From Dehalococcoidia bacterium (GTDB lineage: Bacteria; Chloroflexota; Dehalococcoidia; UBA2979), in assembly GCA_963667465.2 (NCBI GenBank), contig CAXXDN010000002.1:1408001-1472000 (forward strand): a stretch of 64,000 bases of DNA, written 5' to 3'. The position numbers were made by a program, and so were the translations under genes. Under the pieces are notes generated by a model, which was given only the letters and a program-made list of their open reading frames with translations, had not been told where the DNA came from and did no database searches. Below, in pieces: positions 18,943 to 27,261 of this stretch. Within the stretch, counting starts at the first letter, position 1, and the number at the start of each line of letters is the position of its first letter.

Positions 18943-19874
18943 CAGGCCTCCCCCTTCGCCGGACCCTCACCCCCCGCCCTCTCCCGCAGGGGGAGAGGGG
19001 GCCGGATGTCCGCCTGCTCGCGAAACACGACGCCCTCGCACGACGCGAAGCGGCGGCGCATCACCGCGAACGCCTCCGGCGAGCTGTCGGCGAGGACGAA
19101 GCGGCGGCCGTGGCGCAGCGCCGCCTCGCCCGTCGTGCCGCTGCCCGCGACGAAGTCGCAGACCAGCCCGCCGGGCGGCGAGGAGGCGCGCACGATCCGC
19201 TCGAGGACACCGATCGGCTTCTGCGTCGGGTAGCCCAGCTTCTCCTTGCCCGTCGGGCTCACGATCGTGTGCCACCAGGTGTCCGTCGGCAGCTTGCCGC
19301 GCGCCGCCTTCTCGGGGCCCACGAGGCCGGGCGCCATGTAGGGGATGCGCTCGATGTCCTCGGCGTTGAAGCGGTTGCGCGCGGCGTCCTTCGCGTAGAA
19401 GAGGATGTTGTCGTGCTTCGCCGGCCAACGCCGCTTCGGCCGCGCGCCGTAGTCATAGGCCCAGATGATCTCGTTGACGAAGTTGACACGACCGAAGATC
19501 CCGTCCGCCAGCACCTTCGCGTAGTGCACCTCGCGGTAGTCGAGGTGCAGGTAGAGGCTGCCCGAGGGCGCGAGCACCCGCTGCGCCTCGACGAGGAACG
19601 GCTCGAGGAAGCCGAGGTAATCGTCGCGGTCGTCCTCGAAGGAGCGGCTGCCCAGCCGCTCGGTCTCGTAGCGACGCCCGCCGAAGCCGCTGCGGTCGCC
19701 CTCCCCGTCCGCGACCCGTCGCGTGCGCAGCTGCTCGCGCGTCTGCCGCCGGCCGGTGTTGAACGGCGGGTCGAGGTAGACGAGGTCGACGCTTTCGTCC
19801 TCGAGGGTGCGCGCGACCGCCACACCGTCAGCGCAGTGCACGACGCCGCGCGGCGCGGCAGTGCTGTCGCTCAC
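18942..19874 (-). CDS. Site-specific DNA methyltransferase (N6A/N4C, beta class), orphan
   Basis: Motif IV LVYLDPPF precedes YPTQKP and motif I DFVAGSGTT. Confidence 0.9.
   Translation of the reverse strand: MSDSTAAPRGVVHCADGVAVARTLEDESVDLVYLDPPFNTGRRQTREQLRTRRVADGEGDRSGFGGRRYETERLGSRSFEDDRDDYLGFLEPFLVEAQRVLAPSGSLYLHLDYREVHYAKVLADGIFGRVNFVNEIIWAYDYGARPKRRWPAKHDNILFYAKDAARNRFNAEDIERIPYMAPGLVGPEKAARGKLPTDTWWHTIVSPTGKEKLGYPTQKPIGVLERIVRASSPPGGLVCDFVAGSGTTGEAALRHGRRFVLADSSPEAFAVMRRRFASCEGVVFREQADIRPPLPLRERAGGEGPAKGEA
18964..19000. repeat. REP-like palindrome (CCCTCACCC..CCCTCTCCC..GGGAGAGGG family) inside the methyltransferase 3' end
   Basis: Similar to the intergenic copy at about 53454-53488; translated as PPLPLRERAGGEG. 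Confidence 0.7.
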
Positions 19875-19881
19875 GACGCCC

Positions 19882-20640
19882 TCACGCCGTCAGCGTGCCC
19901 TTGGTGCTCGGCACCTCGCCGGCGATGCGCGGATCGCGGCGAGTGGCGGCATCGAGGGCGCGCCCGAGCGCCTTGAAGGCGGCCTCGGCGATGTGGTGGT
20001 CGTTCGCGCCGGCGAGCTGGCGGACGTGCAGCGCGCAGCGCGCGCCCTGCGAGAACGATTGCAGGGCGTGGCCGATCATCTCCGTCGGCGCCTGGCCGAT
20101 TCGCTCGCTGCCCCAGTCGAAAGCGATCGCGGCGTAGGGACGGCCCGAACAGTCGACCACCGCCTGCACCAGCGCCTCGTCGAGCGGCACGGTCGCGTCG
20201 CCCATGCGCACGAGGCCGGAGCGGTCGCCCAGCGCCTCGTCGACGGCCGTGCCGAGCGCCAGCGCGCAGTCCTCCATCGTGTGGTGCTCGTCGACGTGCA
20301 GGTCGCCCTCGCAGCGCAGTTCGAGGTCGAAGCGGCCGTGCTTGGCGAACGCCTCGAGGACGTGGTCATAGAAGCCGACGCCGGTCGCGATCTCGGCGCG
20401 GCCGGTGCCGTCGATGTCGATCTCGACGTGGATGCGGGTCTCGGCGGTGCTGCGGTCGAGGGTGGCGCGGCGGGCGCCGCCATCGAGGTCGCGCTTGACG
20501 CGCTTGAGGTTGGTGTTGATCGCCTGGCGGGTCACGCCAAGCTCCTCGGCGAGCCGCGTCTGGCCGCCGAGCACGTCAAGCTCGCCCGCCTCGTAGGCCT
20601 CGCGGACGCGCAAATAGGTCTCGCTCTTGATCTCGACCAT
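19882..20640 (-). CDS. hisB: Imidazoleglycerol-phosphate dehydratase with an N-terminal helix-turn-helix extension
   Basis: IATGVGFYDHVL, GDLHVDEHHTMED, GANDHHIAEAAFKA, VPSTKGTL; extra about 55 aa containing QTRLAEELGVTRQAINTNLKR. Confidence 0.93.
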   Translation of the reverse strand: MVEIKSETYLRVREAYEAGELDVLGGQTRLAEELGVTRQAINTNLKRVKRDLDGGARRATLDRSTAETRIHVEIDIDGTGRAEIATGVGFYDHVLEAFAKHGRFDLELRCEGDLHVDEHHTMEDCALALGTAVDEALGDRSGLVRMGDATVPLDEALVQAVVDCSGRPYAAIAFDWGSERIGQAPTEMIGHALQSFSQGARCALHVRQLAGANDHHIAEAAFKALGRALDAATRRDPRIAGEVPSTKGTLTA

Positions 20641-20668
20641 GGGGCCGACCTTTCCGGTGCGCCCATCG

Positions 20669-20697
20669 AGCGTACGGCTTAAGTTAAGCTCTGTCTA
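20669..20697 (-). promoter_or_regulatory. Internal sigma70-type promoter TAGACA-N17-TACGCT with palindrome GCTTAA-C-TTAAGC in the spacer
   Basis: Exact 17-bp spacing in an AT-rich hisC-hisB intergenic patch; palindrome at 20677-20689. Confidence 0.7.
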
Positions 20698-20734
20698 CCA
20701 CAAACAAGGATCATGTGGTTGACGCTTGTTGACT

Positions 20735-21904
20735 TCAGCCACTTTTGCTACCTGGCTGCCCCTCAATGTCTTGACGCGCCTCGGACAGTGCCGCGAGCAG
20801 ACGCGCGCTGTCAGCGGGAGTGCCGACCGAGATGCGGACGTGGTCGCGCAGGCGCTCGTGGCCGAAGAAGCGCACGAAGACGCCGCGCCGCGCCAGCGCC
20901 TCGCGCAGCGCCGCCCCGCTGCCGGCGGTGAGGCGGCAGAGCAGGAAGTTGGCCTGCGAGGGCACGGGCTCCAGCCAGCCGCCCGCGCGCAGCTGCACCG
21001 CCAGGCGGTCACGCTCCCCGGCGATCTCGCAGGCGCGCTCGTCGAGCAGCGCCGCGTCCTCCAGCGAGGCGAGCGCGGCCGCCTCGGCGGCGGTGCTCAC
21101 GCCGTAGGGCTGCTTGCACTGCATCAGCAGCGCGGCGACCGAGGCCGGCATCACGCCGTAGCCGACACGCAGCCCGGCCAGACCGGCCCACTTGCTGAAC
21201 GTGCGCAGCACGATCAGCGGCGCGCCTCCCTCGCTCGTTGCGTCGGCCACGAGGCTCGGCGATCCGCTGTGCACTCCCCCGTAGCCGCTTGCGAACTCCA
21301 CGTAGGCCTCGTCGATGACAACGATCGCGCCGCTCGCGCGCAGGCGCTCGGCTGCGCCCTGCGGCAGCAGCCCGCCCGTCGGGTTGTTGGGCGAGGGCAG
21401 GAAGACGGCCTTCGCGCCCTCGCAGGCCGCGAGGAGCGCGTCGAGGTCCACCGACCAGTCGCCGCGCCTCGGCACGTCGACCAGCTCGGCACCCGCGATC
21501 TCCGCGCCGAAGGGATACATCCCGAACGTCGGCGAGGCGATCACGACACGGTCGCCCGCATCGACGAAGATGCGGAAGACGAGGTCGATGATCTCGTCGG
21601 CGCCCGCACCGGCGACGATGCACTCCGGCGGCACTTCATGGCGCGCGCCGAGGGCGTCACGCAGCCTTCGCTGCTCCGGGTCCGGGTAGCGGTGCGCGGC
21701 GTAGCCGCCCGCGAGCGCCGCCAGGGCTCGCGGGGAAGCGCCGTAGGGGTTCTCGTTGCCGTCGAGCTTGACGATCGCCTCCGGCGCGACGCCGTAGCGG
21801 GCGGCGAGCTGCGCGGGCGGGTCGATCGGCTCGTAGCCGCGCAGCGAGCGCAGCGGCGGGCGCAGCGCGCCCTCGAGGTCGAAGCTCGCGGAGTCCGTCA
21901 TCAC
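20735..21904 (-). CDS. hisC: Histidinol-phosphate aminotransferase
   Basis: KLDGNENP, YPDP, SPNNPTG, DEAYVEF, RTFSKWAGLAGLRVGY. Confidence 0.95.
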   Translation of the reverse strand: MMTDSASFDLEGALRPPLRSLRGYEPIDPPAQLAARYGVAPEAIVKLDGNENPYGASPRALAALAGGYAAHRYPDPEQRRLRDALGARHEVPPECIVAGAGADEIIDLVFRIFVDAGDRVVIASPTFGMYPFGAEIAGAELVDVPRRGDWSVDLDALLAACEGAKAVFLPSPNNPTGGLLPQGAAERLRASGAIVVIDEAYVEFASGYGGVHSGSPSLVADATSEGGAPLIVLRTFSKWAGLAGLRVGYGVMPASVAALLMQCKQPYGVSTAAEAAALASLEDAALLDERACEIAGERDRLAVQLRAGGWLEPVPSQANFLLCRLTAGSGAALREALARRGVFVRFFGHERLRDHVRISVGTPADSARLLAALSEARQDIEGQPGSKSG

Positions 21905-23244
21905 AGTCCCTCCAGCCTGCGCTCGATCGAGCGGGCGTGGCCGGTCAGTCCCTCGGCGCGGGCCAGCCGCGCGGCGTGCGGCCCGAGCTCGGCGAGTGCG
22001 CCTTCCGGCAGCGCGATCACGGAGCTGACCTTCAGGAAGTCGAGCACCGAGAGTGGCGAGGCGTAACGCGCCGAGCCGCCGGTGGGCATGACGTGGCTCG
22101 GCCCCGCGACGTAGTCGCCGAGCACCTCGGGCGAGTGGTCGCCGACGAAGACGCCGCCCGCCTGCGTGATCTGCGGCGCGATCGCCTCCGGCTCGCGCGT
22201 CAGCAGGCAGAGGTGCTCCGGCGCGAACTCGTTGGCGAGCGCCACCGCCTCGTCGAGGCTGCCCGCGACGACCGCCCCACCGCCCTCGACCGCCGCGCGC
22301 GCGATCGCGCCTCGCTCGAGATCTGCGAGCTGGCGCTCGACCTCGGCCTGCACCGCCTCGGCGTGCGCGCGCGTGGTCGTGATCAGCACCGGCCTCGCGA
22401 GGGCGTCGTGCTCCGCCTGCGCCAGCAGGTCTGCGGCGCAGAGGTCGGGCGCGGCCTCGTCGTCGGCGAGCACGAGCGTCTCGGTCGGGCCATAGATCGC
22501 GTCGATGCCGACCTCGCCGAAGAGCTGCTGCTTGGCGAGCGTCACGAAGACGTTGCCCGGCCCGAAGATCTTGTCGGCGCGCGGGATCGTCTCCGTGCCC
22601 AGCGCCAGCGCCGCGATCGCCTGCGCGCCCGAGGCGCGGAAGATGCGCTGCACCCCGGCGAGCTCGGCCGCCACCAGCTTCAGCGGGTGCACGCTGCCGT
22701 CCTCGCGCGCGGCCGTGACGCCGATGCGATCCGGCACGCCCGCGACGAGTCCGGGCAGCGCCGTGTGCAGCACCGAGGAGGGCAGCACCGCCACGCTGCC
22801 GGTCATATAGACGCCCGCCCTCACGATCGGCTGTACCGTCATGCCGACGCCGTCCTCGAGGAAGGAGCGCGGGCCGTGCGCCAACTGGCGCTCGTGGTAG
22901 TGGCGCACGCGGTCGGCGGCGAAGCGCAGCGAGTCGAGCAGCTCGTCGGGCGTCTCCGCGAACGCCGCCTCGATCTCCTCGCGGCCCACCTCGAGTGGCG
23001 CGTCCGCGGAGCCGTCGAAGCGCTGCGAGAAGGCGCGTACCGCTGCGTCGCCCTCCTCGCGCACTCGCGCGACGATCCGCGCGACCACCTCGGAGGCGCT
23101 CAGGTCCGCGCCGAACGTCTCGCGGATCGAGGCGCGCACGGGCGGCGGCAGCGCGGGGTCGCCAAGCGGGTCGCGCCGCAGCACGCCGGCGCGAGCGGCC
23201 GTGGCGCCCTCGACGATGCGCAGCGCGGGCGTGGTGGCAGCCAT
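21901..23244 (-). CDS. hisD: Histidinol dehydrogenase
   Basis: GAQAIAALALGTETIP, GPGNVFV, DLLAQAEHD, APEHL, GDYVAGPSHVMPTGG. Confidence 0.95.
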   Translation of the reverse strand: MAATTPALRIVEGATAARAGVLRRDPLGDPALPPPVRASIRETFGADLSASEVVARIVARVREEGDAAVRAFSQRFDGSADAPLEVGREEIEAAFAETPDELLDSLRFAADRVRHYHERQLAHGPRSFLEDGVGMTVQPIVRAGVYMTGSVAVLPSSVLHTALPGLVAGVPDRIGVTAAREDGSVHPLKLVAAELAGVQRIFRASGAQAIAALALGTETIPRADKIFGPGNVFVTLAKQQLFGEVGIDAIYGPTETLVLADDEAAPDLCAADLLAQAEHDALARPVLITTTRAHAEAVQAEVERQLADLERGAIARAAVEGGGAVVAGSLDEAVALANEFAPEHLCLLTREPEAIAPQITQAGGVFVGDHSPEVLGDYVAGPSHVMPTGGSARYASPLSVLDFLKVSSVIALPEGALAELGPHAARLARAEGLTGHARSIERRLEGL

Positions 23245-23999
23245 CAGCGCCGCGGCAGGTATTCGCGGAGGCGCTCGGCGGCCAGCTCGGTCGCCTCCTC
23301 GAGGTAGCGCGTGACCTCCTGCTCGGTGACGTGCGAGAGCGACTCCTGGATCAGCCCGCCCGGGTTCTGCGCGACCTCCTCGACCTCCTCCTCGCTGAAA
23401 CCGCCGCGCCGCAAGTGGATCTGCATCACGCGCGGGAAGCGCTCCCAGTCCGGGCGCTGGTAGGTGATGCCGCGTGTGAAGTCGCGCCACTCCGGCCACA
23501 GCCGTTCCTCGATGAAGCCGACGGCGATCGCCGCCTCGGTCGTGTCGATGGCGGTGCGAATCTCCGCGAGGGCGGCGTCGTTCTCCAGCTCGCGACGGTT
23601 CATCTCGTACTGCAGGGCGCGGTCGAGGATGTTGGCGCGCAGATCGCCGCCGAGCGACGAGCGCTCACCGAAGAAGCGGCGGTAGACGCTCTGGATGTAG
23701 TGCTCGTCCATCAGCAGGTGCGTGACGTAGCCCGCCACGAACGCCCTCGTGCTCTCGTTGAGGCCGGCGACGTTCCGGAGGTCCGGGTGCTCCTCGAACA
23801 TGCGCGCCACCGAGTCCTGCTGCTCGAAGTCGTCGAGCTCGAAGAAGTGCGTCAGACGGCGATCCACGCGCAGCAGCACGCGGATGTCCGGCGCCGTGGA
23901 GCCCAGGTAGTAGGACCCGCGATCGGCGTCGATGCACGGGTGGCCGAGACGGTCGGCCAGCCCGTAGGCACTGGCGAGGTGCGATCCCAGTGAGGGCAC
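23244..23999 (-). CDS. Zinc-dependent phospholipase C-like metal-dependent hydrolase
   Basis: N-terminal xPxxxSH, YYLGSTAPD, THF, GYVTHLLMD; its stop overlaps the hisD start. Confidence 0.7.
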   Translation of the reverse strand: MPSLGSHLASAYGLADRLGHPCIDADRGSYYLGSTAPDIRVLLRVDRRLTHFFELDDFEQQDSVARMFEEHPDLRNVAGLNESTRAFVAGYVTHLLMDEHYIQSVYRRFFGERSSLGGDLRANILDRALQYEMNRRELENDAALAEIRTAIDTTEAAIAVGFIEERLWPEWRDFTRGITYQRPDWERFPRVMQIHLRRGGFSEEEVEEVAQNPGGLIQESLSHVTEQEVTRYLEEATELAAERLREYLPRR

Positions 24000-24000
24000 G

Positions 24001-25440
24001 TCAGACCTCCGCGGCTCCCGCCCGCAGCCGCTCGACCAGATCGTCGCGCAGCTCGCCGCGCGCACCCGGCGGACGCTCCGTCGATCCGATCGCGCAGTTC
24101 GTCGACTCCATGATGACGTCGATCATACGGAGCCGGTTGGCGCGCAGGGTGGAGCCCGTCTCCGTGCCCTCGATCAGGATCTCGGCGTCGTCCGGCACGA
24201 AGCCCTCGGATGCCCCGGAGATCGGCAGCACCTGGTAGCGCCCGAGGTGCCGCTCGCGCGCGTAGTGGTCGGCCAGCGCAACGTACTCCGAGGCGACGCG
24301 GATCGGCCGCTTTGGGTCGTCGCGCCGCCACCACGCAATCGCCTCGGCGATCGTCTCGGCGGGCACGGCCTCGGGCACGACGGCTCCGAGGCGATAGCGG
24401 CTGCGGCGCAGGTCGCACAGCTCGGCGACCGGCGAGAGCGGGAACGCCGCGCGGTGCGCAGCCAGCCAGTCGCGCCCCGTCAGCGCGAGGTCGAAGCAGC
24501 CGAGCGCGACGGCCTGCGGCATGTCCTGCGGGCGGATCACCTTTACCTCGAAGCCCTCGATACCGGAGCGCGGGTGGCGGTCGGTGGCGCCGTCGCCGTA
24601 GCCCTCGAAGCGAAGTCCGGCGGAGGCAAGCGCCTCGACGGTGTGCCGCTGCGCGTGCCCGTCCGGCAGCGCAAGCCGGAAGACGCCACGATCGTTATCC
24701 GAGGTCCGCGAGGCGATGCCCTCAAGGCCGCCGGTGCGGCCGTTGCCGCGCGGCAGCGGGCGCGCCTCGGAGGCGTCCCGGTCGCCCGCCGGCAGCGCGA
24801 GCAGCGGCCCGAGCGCCTCCGCGAGATCGCGACTCGCGAGCGCGTCGCGGTTTGCGACGAGCGTGGCCGAGCCGCGCTGCACCTCGGCGACGACGGCCAG
24901 CCCCTCGCGGGCGAGGACGGCGCCGGCCGCCGCCGCGTCGAGCGGCACGCTGAGGATCGCGGCGTCGGCGTCCTCGGGTGGCCACGCCTCGGGCTGGCCC
25001 CAGACCTCGATCACGCGGTAGTCCGGCACGCGCAGGTAGTTGAGCGCACGCGCCGCCAGGTTCGGGTGCGTCGTCGTCACCCGCACGCCCGGCGTCGCCG
25101 CGAGGCGGTCGAGCGTGACGCCCTCGGGCGCCGCGAGCACGAGCCGCCGGCCTCCGAGGTCGAGCGGACGCAGCGGCGTCAGCGAGTCGAGCGGGTAGCG
25201 CGCGAGCAGTTCATCGATCCAGGCGCGGCTGGTGATGCCGAGATCGTACTGGCCGAGCGCGACCTGGATTGGAATGTCCTCCTCGGCGAAGACGCGCACG
25301 ACCACGCCCGGCCGGCCTTCGACAGGGAAGCGGTAGGCGCGCGATCCGCCCTCGTAGCCCTCGACGGCGAAGCCGGCCGCTCGCAGGCGCTCGGCGAGCG
25401 GCGCGCGCAGGTCGCCGCGCGGCAGCGCGACGCGGATCAC
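24001..25440 (-). CDS. hisG: ATP phosphoribosyltransferase with two tandem short-form HisG domains
   Basis: IRVALPRG...DIPIQVALGQYDLGIT and RLALPDG...IRPQDMPQAVALGCFDLALTG...ETGSTLRANRL. Confidence 0.88.
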   Translation of the reverse strand: MIRVALPRGDLRAPLAERLRAAGFAVEGYEGGSRAYRFPVEGRPGVVVRVFAEEDIPIQVALGQYDLGITSRAWIDELLARYPLDSLTPLRPLDLGGRRLVLAAPEGVTLDRLAATPGVRVTTTHPNLAARALNYLRVPDYRVIEVWGQPEAWPPEDADAAILSVPLDAAAAGAVLAREGLAVVAEVQRGSATLVANRDALASRDLAEALGPLLALPAGDRDASEARPLPRGNGRTGGLEGIASRTSDNDRGVFRLALPDGHAQRHTVEALASAGLRFEGYGDGATDRHPRSGIEGFEVKVIRPQDMPQAVALGCFDLALTGRDWLAAHRAAFPLSPVAELCDLRRSRYRLGAVVPEAVPAETIAEAIAWWRRDDPKRPIRVASEYVALADHYARERHLGRYQVLPISGASEGFVPDDAEILIEGTETGSTLRANRLRMIDVIMESTNCAIGSTERPPGARGELRDDLVERLRAGAAEV

Positions 25441-26468
25441 GACGCCGCCTCCGGCGCGAGCGCGGCGAGGCGCAGCAGGTCGGCGGCGAAGCCCGAGGCG
25501 GGCGCGGGCCGTCCGCCGATCGCCTCGGCCATGCGGTCGTAGCGGCCACCCAGCAGGCAGGCCTCGTTCCCCGCGAGGACGCGGAAGGTGAGGCCTGTGT
25601 AGTACTCGAAGCTGCCCCCGGCCGCCGGCGCCAGGTCGCAGGCAACCCCCGCTTCCTCGAGCGTGCTCACTGCTGCGCGGAGTTCCGCGATCGGCTGTGC
25701 CGCCTCCGGCAGCGCCGCCTCGACGTTGTCGAGGTAGCCCCCGGCCCCGCCGCGAATCTCCAGCAGCAGGCGCAGGCCGGTCGCCCGCTCCGGGCTCGCG
25801 GCCGCGAGCTCGCCGGCCACGGCCTCGACGGCGTCCTCGCCGCCCTCGATCACGCGGTCGAGCGCCTCGATCTGCCCGGCCGGGTCGAGCCCGGTCGCCG
25901 CCAGCGCAGCGCGCAACAGCCCGGCGTGGGCGAGCTCGAAGCGCAGCTCGCCAAGTCCGAGGGCGCTCAACAGCTCGCGCGCGAGGCCCAGCAGCTCCAC
26001 GTCGCCCTCGGGGGCGGCGAGACCGAACAGCTCCACGCCGCACTGCCACAGCTCGCGCTCGCCGTCCCCGGCGTCGAAGCGGTAGACGGGCTGCACGTAG
26101 CTCAGCCGCGCGGGCTCGCCCACGGAGGCGCCGGCCTGGCTCTCAAACCAGCGGACCGCCGGCAGTGTGCTGTCCGGCCGCAGCACCATCCGCTCGCCGC
26201 TCCAGCCGTCCCAGTCGAGGAAGGAGTAGACGCGGTCCAGCAACTGCGGCGAGAGCGCCCCGGCGCTGGTGAAGAGGTGCAGCGGCTCCACGGTGGGCGT
26301 ACGGATCTCCTGGTAGCCGGCCGCGGAGGTCACCTCGAGGAAGCGCGCCTCGGCGCGCCGGAAGCGGCGCATCTGGTCCGGTCCGATGTCGTGCATGCCG
26401 CGGCTGCGGAGGCCCTCGGTGCGGCCGGCGGAGGCGGGGTTGCTGGCTTCTGTTTCGGGTTCGGTCAC
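25437..26468 (-). CDS. hisZ: ATP phosphoribosyltransferase regulatory subunit (HisRS paralogue without anticodon-binding domain)
   Basis: RGMHDI, GYQEIRTPTVE, VLRPDST, QCGVEL, YYTG, GGRYD; 343 aa; overlaps hisG by GTGA. Confidence 0.9.
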   Translation of the reverse strand: MTEPETEASNPASAGRTEGLRSRGMHDIGPDQMRRFRRAEARFLEVTSAAGYQEIRTPTVEPLHLFTSAGALSPQLLDRVYSFLDWDGWSGERMVLRPDSTLPAVRWFESQAGASVGEPARLSYVQPVYRFDAGDGERELWQCGVELFGLAAPEGDVELLGLARELLSALGLGELRFELAHAGLLRAALAATGLDPAGQIEALDRVIEGGEDAVEAVAGELAAASPERATGLRLLLEIRGGAGGYLDNVEAALPEAAQPIAELRAAVSTLEEAGVACDLAPAAGGSFEYYTGLTFRVLAGNEACLLGGRYDRMAEAIGGRPAPASGFAADLLRLAALAPEAAS

Positions 26469-26542
26469 GCTCGTCTCACTCTCACGGTTCGTGCTGGTGG
26501 TCCGGTTTCGTGGGGAGCCGGGACGGCGACGCCTGTCTGCTC

Positions 26543-26578
26543 ACACAGAAACGCCGCGACGGGGTTCCGCCGCGGCGT
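26543..26578 (-). terminator. Attenuator terminator hairpin upstream of hisZ
   Basis: ACGCCGCGGCGG-AACC-CCGTCGCGGCGT 12-bp stem (one G-U) followed by TTCTGTGT. Confidence 0.75.
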
Positions 26579-26600
26579 GTCACTGGCATCAGCGTTCCGG

Positions 26601-26693
26601 CTATCGATGCAAGCGGCTTCGCGGCGGCGACTCCTCGCCCCGATGGCTATGCGCATGCGCGCGCCCGCCGCTGATCTCGTACGTACGCATCAT
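26601..26693 (-). CDS. hisL: Putative his leader peptide MMRTYEISGGRAHAHSHRGEESPPRSRLHR
   Basis: 30 codons with four His, all CAT; lies between the promoter and the terminator upstream of the his operon. Confidence 0.7.
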   Translation of the reverse strand: MMRTYEISGGRAHAHSHRGEESPPRSRLHR

Positions 26694-26697
26694 GCTG

Positions 26698-26726
26698 ATC
26701 GTAGGAGCACCGCCCTGCGAGGGCAA
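26698..26726 (-). promoter_or_regulatory. his operon promoter TTGCCC-N17-TACGAT
   Basis: Exact 17-bp spacer; the two leader ATGs lie 4 and 7 nt after the -10 box (leaderless). Confidence 0.7.
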
Positions 26727-26765
26727 GCGCGGCGCGTTCATGCCCTGGCGGAAACGCCGCCTGGG

Positions 26766-27011
26766 CTAGGCGAAAATCGGGAACGAATGTCCACTCTCGC
26801 CGATCAGTTGCTCCACCTGCTGAGCGAAAGGCATGTCGCTCAAGTCGATCCCGGTGCTCGCACCGATGAACTCAACACCGAGGACTCCTCCATCGGCGGA
26901 GTAGTCGAGGATTCGAAGGTCGTCAAGGAACGCCTGGCTCGCCGGGGACTCGCCATCCCGCAACCGCACGTACAGGATGTCCCCTTCGTGATCGTAGGTC
27001 GCCTCCGGCAT
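26766..27011 (-). CDS. DUF2283 domain protein (putative antitoxin)
   Basis: TYDHEGDILYVRL...LDYSADGGVLGVEFI pattern; 81 aa, acidic. Confidence 0.8.
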   Translation of the reverse strand: MPEATYDHEGDILYVRLRDGESPASQAFLDDLRILDYSADGGVLGVEFIGASTGIDLSDMPFAQQVEQLIGESGHSFPIFA

Positions 27012-27012
27012 G

Positions 27013-27261
27013 TCAGTTCTCCCAGGCCGCCGTCGTCACGAGGGGCGGGTCCGAATCCCGCTCGACATAGACGCGGAGGTCGCGTCCATTCCACTCTCCA
27101 ATATAGATCACCGCTGGCCTCGCCCCCGGACGGGGTCCCGCCGGACGGCTAGTGTGGTAATGCTCCAGGACCGCGTCAACTGCCCGAACGGGTATGCCCC
27201 GCTCTTGCATGCGCCAGCGCGCATGGGAGTTGATCCGCCTACGAGCAGCCCCTTCCGCCAA
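27013..27261 (-). CDS. DUF4258 domain protein (putative toxin)
   Basis: SHARWRMQERGI...LRVYV...LVTT; basic; directly upstream of DUF2283; start uncertain. Confidence 0.72.
   Translation of the reverse strand: MAEGAARRRINSHARWRMQERGIPVRAVDAVLEHYHTSRPAGPRPGARPAVIYIGEWNGRDLRVYVERDSDPPLVTTAAWEN

Noticed and set aside
18942-19874. Complete type II or III restriction-modification system
   Set aside because: No recognisable PD-(D/E)xK, HNH or helicase partner is adjacent
24001-26049. Long N-terminal extensions in the ORF track (hisG 682 aa, hisD 532 aa, gnd 533 aa and others)
   Set aside because: Extensions overlap upstream genes; internal starts with an RBS or stop-start coupling fit better
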